Source: the human T2T-CHM13v2.0 reference genome, Homo sapiens
Length of the DNA stretch: 64,000 nucleotides
Reading direction: 5' to 3' (one strand)
NCBI RefSeq assembly: GCF_009914755.1
Contig: NC_060940.1
This document shows positions 55,188 through 64,000 of the stretch, piece after piece. Made by a program: the position numbers and the translations under genes. The number at the start of each line of letters is the position of its first letter. Within the stretch, counting starts at the first letter, position 1. Below the pieces are notes generated by a model that ran no database searches, was not told the DNA's origin, and worked only from the letters and a program-made list of their open reading frames with translations.

Positions 55188-56609
55188 GAGTAAACAGAGA
55201 CAGTACCTGTTGAGACGTGCGTCCATGGGTGGACTGCTGAGAACGCGGATTCTCACCCTCAGCGTATTCCCTCAGCCAAGCACAGCGAGGTAAGACCATT
55301 TATAGTTAGCTGGCTTTTGACAATCACAAAGCCAGTGCCCCTCATCTGGGCTTCACCTCCAAGCCTGCGCGTCCCTCTCCCCTCCTGGCTCTGCGAGGGT
55401 TAATCGGAAGGTCTCTGGAGTTGGGTGGACTTACTGCTCCAGACCTTTACCATCTCACCCTGACTGCAGGGCTCACATTTCTCACTTAATTACTTGCCCT
55501 GCAATCAGAAGAGATAGCCCGTTTCTGTGTTGAGTTGGCTGCAGCTGTGAACTGTTTATTTACTTTTCCTCAGCCCGGGAATGGCTGTAATTTAAAGGTT
55601 CAGATCTCAGCTACCCTGCCTGGTGCAAACCCTGCTTAAGCACTTCCATATTGCTGGGGTGGAATGTTGCTGGAAGCTGCCCCCGCTGCCCACCTCCCTT
55701 CCCTGGACAGGAGAGCTGAAAAGGCAGGTGTTCCTGGTTATCAAGCCTGCCCATCCAAGGAGCTGGGCAGGGAACCTGTAAGCCACAAACAGCGGCTAGG
55801 ACTGTGAGCTGCTAGGATCGGGACTGCCCCAAGCCACCCTCCTGCAGAAAAAAAAGTGGTCCCTGCCACAGTTCAAGCCCCAGCTCTCACTAATTCCTGT
55901 GCCAAATGGTGTAATTACCACTTAAGTTGTCAAATGGCAACCAGATGGCCTTACCTTTCACACCGGCAGCTTAATAAGCTTTTAGGCATGACCTCTGCCG
56001 CTTGTCCTCCACCTGCACAGGCCCCGATTTGTGAAATCCGAGCCCACAATTAGATCTGATAATGAGAGCTGAGGTGCGCCCAGCCTTGAACTCCGCAAGC
56101 TCGCTGCAAGGGGTGCCCAGCAAGTCACCCCATGCCACTGACAAATGACATGCGTCCCACCCCAAACAGAGGGGCCCTGCACACAGGCCCCTGGGGCCTG
56201 CCTAGGGAGATCACAGGCCCAGAGGCCCTGAGACCCAAGTGCATTTGGGGGGCCAGACAGTTCTGCAAGCTCAAAGCATGCTGTTTCTGGAAACAGCAAG
56301 CTAGAGGCTCAGACCCCATCATGTCCCCCTACAGCTTTGTCCGCGGCCTGCCTGCCCCGGGGCAGCCCCCCGGGAGGCACTGTTTCTCCATCAGCACAAA
56401 CAGGGGGGCGCCCCACATGGGGATCAACCTGCTGCCAAAAACCCGTATGTGACTGTCTGTCAATTCACCCCTTTGAGTTTCCGTGAGCTGGAGTTACTAT
56501 AGTGAGGCTTTCAGCACACGGCAGAGTGGTCTCGCACTGCAACGGATCACAGTCCAGTGTCTGTTTTGAAAATCACATTGTTCTTTCCAGGGATGGGGAC
56601 AAACCCCTC

Positions 56610-56800
56610 CAATAGTTATGGAAGTCACATGTACCAGGAACCATTTCCAGCACTTCACACATACTCACTTATTAATCCTCACAATAACCTAAGCACTGTT
56701 TTTCTCCCCCATTTATAGAAAACTGTGGCACAGAGAGGTTAACTAACTTACCCAAAGTCACACAGCTGGCCAGTAGTGGGAATGGGATTTGAAACTAAGT
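56610..56800 (-). mobile_element. MIR
   Basis: aatcctcacaataacc...gaaaactgtggcacagagaggttaactaacttacccaaagtcacacagct. Confidence 0.85.
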
Positions 56801-57467
56801 GAGGAAGCAGACACTCTGAATGTATACAACCAAGATTCCATTGGATTTTTAAAAACAATTTGATAAAAACTTTATTAATACACAGTAGACATGTTGTACC
56901 TACTAAGCCAAGCTAAAGGTTTGTGTAAGGGCTTGGAAAAGTCCAAATATTTTAAGAAGAGCCCAGGCACTGATACTTCTCATGCTCTGACAAACCTGTG
57001 AAAATGGGCAGGTACAAAAGAGCAGCACATCAGAAGCTTCCTCTGCCCTGGGTTGGAGCAGAAGGAAACCAAGGAGAGACGAACACTGAGCGCCTGGCCG
57101 GGGACGGAAGTTTCCATGGAAGCCTCTCGTCCCCAATCTTTGCCAAGAGGATTCTAGTAACAGCAGCTCCCACAGCAGAGAGTGATGGGGAGGCCAAGAC
57201 CCCAGAGAGAAACTGACAAATATACTTATTCCGACTCTGCGTTACATTTGACTCTTTTTAGAGGTCAGTATTCCCTTCTCCCGACCTGCACAGGGACCTT
57301 GGGTTTTAGGGTGTCTCATCTCGTGTTGTCATTGAAAACTTGCCCTTAAGATTGTGTCCCATTCTTGCTAAGGTGCAAATGACTGATACTGAGGAAGAGG
57401 AGATTGCACTTCATGTTACCACCTTCAGATCCATTTGGCTTTTCAAACAAGAGGCTCGGAGAAGACC

Positions 57468-57902
57468 TATATTAGTCTGTTTTCACGCTGCTGATAAAGA
57501 CATACCCGAGACTGGGTCATTTACAAAGAAAAAGAGGTCTAATGGCTCACAGTTCCACGTGGCTGGGGAGAGGTCTAATGGCTCACAGTTCCACGTGGCT
57601 GGGGAGAGGTCTAATGGCTCACAGTTCCACGTGGCTGGGGAGGTTTCACAATCTTGGCAAAAAGTGAAAAGAGTGTCTTACATGGTGGCAGACAAGAGAG
57701 AATCAGAGAACCAAGCAAAAGGGGTTTCCCCTTATAAAGCCATCAGATCTCATGAGACTTATTCAGTACCATGAGAACAGTATGGGGGAAACCACCCCCA
57801 TGATTCAGTTATCTCCCACCTGGTCCCTCCCACAACACAAGGGAATTATGGGAGCTACGATTCAAGGTGAGATTTGGGTGAGGACACAGCAAAACCATAT
57901 CA
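57468..57902 (-). mobile_element. THE1 (C-like) MaLR solo LTR
   Basis: attagtctgttttcacgctgctgataaagacatacccgagactggg...ggacacagcaaaaccatatca; TSD AGACC at 57463-57467 and 57903-57907. Confidence 0.96.
57534..57641. repeat. Perfect 36-bp x3 tandem repeat inside THE1
   Basis: gaggtctaatggctcacagttccacgtggctgggga at 57534, 57570, 57606. Confidence 0.98.
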
Positions 57903-58649
57903 AGACCCAAGATCAACATGATGATCCAATATTATCATTTTTACCAAAATAAGAGTGGGGGAAGAGGAAGCAATGGCTTTCAACAATAAATGTGTATATA
58001 GTCAGGAATATGGAACAAATGGGCTCAGACTTTTCACATAAAGAAATGCCCAAACGCTGGTGCTTGGGCAGGTTTTGGTCTATGGCCCACACTCCTGGAA
58101 AGGGGATCCTCCTCTGTTAGAAGTTCTTTGACAGGAAATATAGAAGAACAAGGCCTTAAATTACACAAGTGGTGCCATCATCAGCGAGTGACCAATTTAT
58201 CTACGCATGAACTAGGGCTTTCCAGGGACAATTCCAGGTCTCAGAAGCTACCTGCATTGAGACACCCACATAAAGCCAGCCTGTCTTGAGACCCTCCCAC
58301 CCACCCAGCGTTCATTCATTGGTAGGTCAGAGGCAGACCCATCCTGCCGTCCACCGACCCCTTCCTAAGCCACTGTCAGTCCCCACTGCAGCGCATGCCT
58401 GAGTTCTGACAGTGGCCATTCTCTTTGGTGGAAACGTGTCTGCCCCTTGGCCACCTGGACGGTTCCTGCTCATAACTAAAGACGTCATCACTTCTGTCCC
58501 AGCTATGTCCGTGCTGACTTCACGGGTCCCAGTGTCCCCACCCTTTGAGGTCGGGAGCTGTGATGCTCATCTCCCCCGAGTACTGGGCAGGCACTTGGCC
58601 CGCACGGGGGATGCCTGGCCACACAACCAGTCGTTTGTTTCCTTCCTTT

Positions 58650-58760
58650 CTCGTTCTCCCCAGAGTGTGAGCTCCTGAGCAGGGGCTGAGTATATTCATC
58701 TCCCTGTCCCCATTGCCCAGGCTGGGCAGGCGCCATCTGTGTTTGAATAAATGAATCATT
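58650..58760 (+). mobile_element. L2 3' end
   Basis: cagagtgtgagctcctgagcagggg...tgtttgaataaatgaat. Confidence 0.7.
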
Positions 58761-59114
58761 CTAGTTCCATCCCTCAATAAGCCTTTATCTGCAGACCTCT
58801 CTTGGAGATCCTGAGCCCTACTGGTCCGTAAGTTAATATGAGGCCACATTTGTTACCCCGAAGAAGACACGCAAATGAAATGACTTACCTAACATCTTGC
58901 TCCAGCAAACCAGACAGAATGTCAAGCTGGTGACATTCAAAAGTTTTGGAAGCCCACAGGGGCCTTTTGGAAGAGAAGGTCAGCATGGAAAGGGGATGGT
59001 GATGTGGCTTAGGGGCAATCAGGCAAGTGACAGTGATGTGACTTCAGGTGATCAGGCAGCAGGAGCCTTGCAATGCACAGGCCTTCTCCTAACCCTTTTC
59101 TCTGCACAGGTTCC

Positions 59115-59235
59115 ACGTGGCCCAATGAGGTAAGCGCTGTTACTGTGTCCACTTCACAGACAAGGAAGCTGAGCATCAGGGCCATTCAGCAATATGACCA
59201 AGACCCCACAGTGGTGGAGCCTGAATTCAACAGGA
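59115..59235 (-). mobile_element. MIR fragment
   Basis: ccacttcacagacaaggaagctgag...ccaagaccccacagtggtggagcctgaattcaa. Confidence 0.6.
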
Positions 59236-59346
59236 ACAGAACGACCTAATGCACAGAAGCAGCCGCGTCTCAGGTGGAGGGGAGGAAGGAGCTCGGGTTG
59301 GGTCATGGAGGATGGGCTTGACTTGGGTTTCCAAAGTCAGTCCCCT

Positions 59347-59498
59347 TGTGTGTGTGTGTGTGTGTGTGTGTACATGTATGTTGGTGCATGTTCTGTGCAT
59401 GTGAATGAATGTGTACAGTGTGTGTATATGCATGTCATGTAATGTGTGTGTGTGTACAGGGGAATTGTGTGTTGGTGAGCACATGTGTGTATATGTGT
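59347..59498. repeat. (TG)n microsatellite and TG-rich tract
   Basis: Direct observation. Confidence 0.92.
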
Positions 59499-60034
59499 TC
59501 CTGTTGCAGAAAAACACCTCTCAGAAATACAGCATGAGGCCGTTCCTGCAGCCCCCACTCTTCCCATTTCATTGCACCCTTGCTTGGCAAAACACAAGCC
59601 AATCGGCATAAACCAGCTCTGCGCACGCGCCTCCTGCTTGGGATCAACAGAAACCTTGGGAGGAGAGAATATTCAGAGGCTGCCTATGACCAAGCAGAAA
59701 GATCATCAAAGACAAGGACCCTGAGACTCTGAGGAGCTCCGCTAGGTTCCCTTCCAAACTGACTCTCAGAAAGCAGAGTAGGGAGCTAAACCAGAGCATG
59801 AGTGGGTGGACCGGTTCCCCGCCTGATCTAAGAGCTTGCTGATGTCTGCAGTGGACCAAGGCTACCGCTCAGGTCCCTCCTCCAGAGCCCTGTCCTGCTG
59901 CCGTGTCTATAGTGGCTCAGATCTCTCCACGTCTGCCAGGGGGTCTTCTGCTAGTGAGGAATTCTGCCATGCCTGCTCCAGTTCTCCTACGTGTAAAAAA
60001 AGAAATAACTCTACCAACACCGATGTTCGCTAGC

Positions 60035-60160
60035 GACCAAGCAGAGCACTTCCTATGCCTCACCTCCCTGAATCCTCCTAAGGACTGATGGAGTAAGAGT
60101 CACAACATCCTCATTTTACACACTAGGAAACTGAGGGGCAGAAGGCAGATGATGTGCTTG
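60035..60160 (-). mobile_element. MIR fragment
   Basis: cctcattttacacactaggaaactgaggggcaga. Confidence 0.65.
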
Positions 60161-60941
60161 GCTCAGAGCCTGATGAGGAGCTAGCATCTCCTGCACGAGA
60201 GCTGGCGGGATGGCCTGCGTTTGCAGCTCTTGCAGGCATCGTCTCTGTGGTCCAGCCTGATGCTAACTCAACAGATGCTGCCAGAAGGGGCCTGCTCATC
60301 CCATCTGACAGCAGTGTCTCCAATGGCCTCGCAGGGTCCTTCCTTGCCGCTGTATGTCTCCTTGTGGGATGCATGTTCGACTGTGCTGGTTCTTTCATCA
60401 ACGTGCTGTATCCTGAGAAGACTCAACCCCCTCTCTTGCCCCAATGCCTTCAGCTCTGAGAACCCCACAGTTACTCAGTGATCTCCTTAAGGGCTCCTGG
60501 ATACAGAGGACAGCAAAGAAATGGAGTCCCTTGTATTGCTGTCAATGTTTAAAATTTTCCAATGGAAATTGTGTTCATGCCTAAAACGAGGCCACCAAGT
60601 GTGCTCAAAACATTCAAGGTCTCTACTTTTAACTCCAACCCAATTAGCTCAGTTTGCTCTGTCTGGTTTTTGTGATTATCAGAAACCTTGCCAGGAGATT
60701 TCTGTCTTTGAATATCATCTGGACAATAAGCATTAATCCTTTCCTGAACACCCAGTGGATGCTTGGCTGTGTGCAGAGCACTCTGGGATTTCTCCCAACA
60801 ATCACAGAAGGAAGATAACATCAGACCCAGTCAACAGAAGAGGAGACTGTGGTCTGAGAAGCTCCAAGAGGCGCAGTGACCGGGGATTGCAGTGAAGTTG
60901 GAACTTAGCCTGTTTCCAGAGCCTGGGCCAAACTGCCAGGC

Positions 60942-61095
60942 CAGTATTTTCCCAAATTTGCCACATCAGAAGAATCGCTGGAGGCCTGGTGTAAATTAAG
61001 AATCATGGGTCCTACCCCAGTTCAAATGTGCCTCGCCGAACCCCAGGACCTGAGAATCTGCATTTTAAACAAATATCACTGGAGGTAAGATTGAG
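60942..61095. mobile_element. MER5B-like hAT fragment
   Basis: cagtattttcccaaa...gaatcgctggagg...cctgagaatctgcattttaaacaa. Confidence 0.6.
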
Positions 61096-61199
61096 ACGCC
61101 CTGCCCACACTCCATTGTATAATTAGGTTAATTACCTGTTTCCATCCACTCACCACTGGGTCGGAGCACCTTTCAGAAGTTGGTATGGATGGGATGGGA

Positions 61200-61850
61200 T
61201 GAGGGCGGAACCGGGCCTGCACAGCGCCTCCGAGGGCCATGTGGGGCACTGCGCCCCCCCTCCCCCCGCCCCCAGCCCTCCCCAGCTGGGAACCACCCAC
61301 TGCCCCTGCACAAAGAATGGGCGGAAACAGGAGTTCACCCCGTGCCATTTCTCACTGGCCGTCGGCTGGGCCGGACCTACAGGGGCGATCATGGACTCAG
61401 AGCAGCTGAAAGGCCAGGGACACGGGAGCAGGAGGTGGCAGGATACCTGGTGCGGTGCCGAGGGGCCTGGGAAACAAAACACAGCCCCCCCAAGGCTGGC
61501 GGGGGACGGCCGGAGCAATCGCCTGCTGAAATCTGCAAGCTCATCACAGCGCTTGGAAAGCTCACCGGGGACGCGCAGCACAGGACACATCCTGCTCTGC
61601 AGAGATAAGAGGCAGTTCCCAGGTTCTCACCGCCGGCATCCCCCCGGGGAGCACACTGCTGGCGGCAAGCTTGGAGGACATGAGAAAGATGCCCAAAACA
61701 AACAGGCTGGCAGGGAAGCACCCGCCCGCCAGCAGGGAGGCTGCGCAGGCCCCTTCACCCTTCACCCACCTTGGGACAGGACCTTGTTGGGGAGGGGGCC
61801 CAGGGCCAGGGCAGGGGGACCCACACTGACCGGGGACCCTGGTCGCTGAT
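61200..61850. promoter_or_regulatory. CpG-island-like GC-rich element with GC boxes and a minus-strand G-quadruplex motif
   Basis: Visibly CpG-dense; ccccgccccc at ~61264; five C-runs over 61254-61283. Confidence 0.45.
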
Positions 61851-61899
61851 TTTGCTCATCCCTGAAATCACTCCTCAGGCTGACTTTAGCTCCACCCTA

Positions 61900-62290
61900 A
61901 CACATACTGGTTGCGGAGGCCTGGAAGAGTGGCCGCTTGTCTCTGTGCCTCAGTTTCCCCACCTGCTAAAAGGTGCTGCAGGTGGAAACTACCCCTCTGC
62001 ATTCTTCCAGGCCTCGCTGTGATCATGTGGGTTTGGTTAACGGCTGGCGGCTGAGGACCCTGAGATGCTCTGAACTCTTCTGTATGATCCCATCTCACCT
62101 CACAGAGGCCTGCAAGCCTCACGCCCTTACCAGTACCATTTACCCCATGAGGAAACTGATGTATGCCAGGTTATGAAGCGTTTTCGAGCTAGGGAGAGCT
62201 TAACTTATGCACACATTCTCTCTAGTTCTCAAGTCAAAAAGGTGCTAGAACCCAGGTCAGCCCATTCCAAAGCCCATGGCCTCCCGCACA
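61900..62290. mobile_element. Two MIR fragments in opposite orientation
   Basis: tctctgtgcctcagtttcccc (+, ~61940) and catgaggaaactga (-, ~62146). Confidence 0.65.
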
Positions 62291-62494
62291 ATTCCAGGGG
62301 TAGATATTAAAGTTCTGTTTTAGAACTCCCAGAGCGCCTATAAACTATATTCCACTAGAAAGCCATAAAGAAACACTTTGGAAGCCACCACTTCCTATTA
62401 CGGGTGGCCTGTCCTCAAGGATTTGCTGAAATTAAGGATCTGGGAGGAGGCTGCACAGATTCCACGGATGTGCCTCCTTGAGTCACTGGCACAC

Positions 62495-63515
62495 AACTTC
62501 TCCCTTGCTGCCTCCTGCCTATTGTATACCTTGCCAGCATCCCTTGCAGCTAGATGTGACCATGTGACCCATGGGATACAAACAGAGTCTGTTGGGACAC
62601 TTCCGGGAAACCTTTTGTTTTCTTAATCAAAAGGCACAGCGCTAGTAACCTTCTCCTCTCTTCCCTCTGTGAATACAGATCTGATGTCTGGAGATCTAGC
62701 AGCCATGTTGAGACCATGACAGAACAGACAATAGCAATGTGGTAGACATCATATTAGCCCCCCAAGAGATGTCCACATCCTAAACTCCAGAACCAGGACA
62801 CTGGAGTTGCAGATGGAAGTAGGTTGCTAGTCAGCTGACCTTAAAATAAAGAGATAGTCCTGGATTATCTGAGTGAGTCTAGTGTAAGCACAGGCTCCAT
62901 AAAAGTGGAAAATAGAGGTGGAAGAGGAAGTCATAGAAGAAACGGATGCAGAGGGTGGAGGGATAGATGGGACCCTGCTGTCTTTGAAGACGAAGGAATG
63001 GGCCATGAGCCAAAGAATGAGGCAGCCTCTGGAAGCTGGAGAAGGCAAGGACTCGGCATGACATTCAAGGAAACATTTTCCCAGGAAACACACTCAGGGA
63101 CCCCTGATCTTACTGTCCCTTCCTTTGCCAGAAAAGGTTCCAGAGACATCCCAAATTCATCTTCAGACCCTGGCATCATCAGAGGGGTCTCCCCAGAAGG
63201 AACCAGCCCTTCCTACACCTTGATTTTAGCCCGGTGAGACCAGCATTGAACTTCTACACTACAGAGCCCTAAGATGATAAAAGCATGTGTGTTTTAAGCC
63301 ACTGAGTTGATGGGCATTTGTTACAGCAGCCACGGGACACCACTACAAGCAGGAAGAAGGTGCCATCTCTGCCGCTGGTGAATAGCTGAGTAGATACCCG
63401 AGGCTGCCTTCCTCTGACATCCTTACTGCATGATAAGGACAAGCCTGCCCTTGTTTAAGCCATCTTAAGTTGGGTTATTGTGATTTGAAGCCCAGTGCAT
63501 TCCTACTTGGCATCT
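62495..63515 (+). mobile_element. LTR33-like ERVL LTR split by MLT1D
   Basis: ccagcatcccttgcagctagatgtgaccatgtgacc...ttgtttaagccatc...gaagcccagtgcattccta. Confidence 0.7.
62738..63347 (+). mobile_element. MLT1D LTR
   Basis: tgtggtag...agatgtccacatcctaa...gccatgagccaaagaatgaggcagcctctggaagctggag...tttgttacagcagcc...ctaca; TSD agca(a/g). Confidence 0.88.
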
Positions 63516-64000
63516 GTGTCACCTGACGGGGACTTTACTTCAAAGTTCTTTTTTGAAGAATTTTTTTTTTATGGGAGAGAAACCACATTAGCAGCTAAAT
63601 GAGTTGAACCCCCTAGGATGGTGCTGAGGTGTGAAGATGAATTTTGGAACCTTTTCTGGCAGAGAAAGGGAAAATAAGATCAGGGTTTCCTAAGAAAATA
63701 TTTTCCTTCCATATAATGCCCTAACGGCCTTCAACATTCTAAGAAGAAAAATGGATTGTTAATTCAATGTTTACTGAATCATAAAGTAGACCTAAGACCA
63801 AAAAAAAAAAAATAGAAAAAGCTAATTGCAATAAACAAGAGAGTGGGTTTGTGTAGGCATCAGGGCTGCTCTATGGCAGATCAGGTGTCCGGGATAACAG
63901 GTGTGTTCATAGTCTGCCATGTCCTAGACTGGGTGAAATTGTTCTCCAGTTGAAATGGTTACATAGGATAAGTGTCCCTGGGCTCTGCCTTCACAGCAGG

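Noticed and set aside
57340-57774. 144-aa ORF with (RSNGSQFHVAGE)3 and a 36-bp repeat of CRISPR-like length
   Set aside because: Antisense THE1 LTR sequence with a tandem triplication and no spacers
61150-61849. Overlapping 110-216-aa ORFs on both strands
   Set aside because: Expected in GC-rich sequence; no recognisable domain, and several frames are open at once

Overview
This 64 kb window is non-coding, repeat-rich primate genomic DNA. It carries Alu J/S/Y, an L1PA 3' end and THE1/MST LTRs, so it is from a human-like catarrhine. The GC-rich background suggests an intron or intergenic region; I cannot name the locus. I find no credible protein-coding gene, RNA gene or CRISPR array. The long ORFs in the track come from simple repeats, Alus, decayed L1 ORF1/ORF2 or GC-rich sequence. 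The window is a layered record of transposable elements (L2, MIR, old L1M/HAL1, MaLR and ERVL LTRs, hAT and Tc1/mariner elements, ~17 Alus), many with readable target-site duplications (TSDs) that give the nesting order. I see no new biological system. The main points of interest are small rearrangements and repeat births. (1) A 5'-inverted (twin-primed) L1 sits inside an L2, and a 52-bp copy of its inverted part is inserted 1.25 kb upstream between 8-bp direct repeats. (2) A MER58A has its right terminal repeat flipped. (3) A THE1 LTR has a perfect 36-bp triplication covering its E-box and PRDM9-like segment. (4) A GC-shifted 30-bp minisatellite has grown inside Tigger3. (5) A ~950-bp CATT/CACT array abuts an L2 tail. 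(6) An unresolved ~1.8-kb candidate hAT transposon remnant. Subfamily calls are from recalled consensus sequences, and boundaries without a TSD are approximate.
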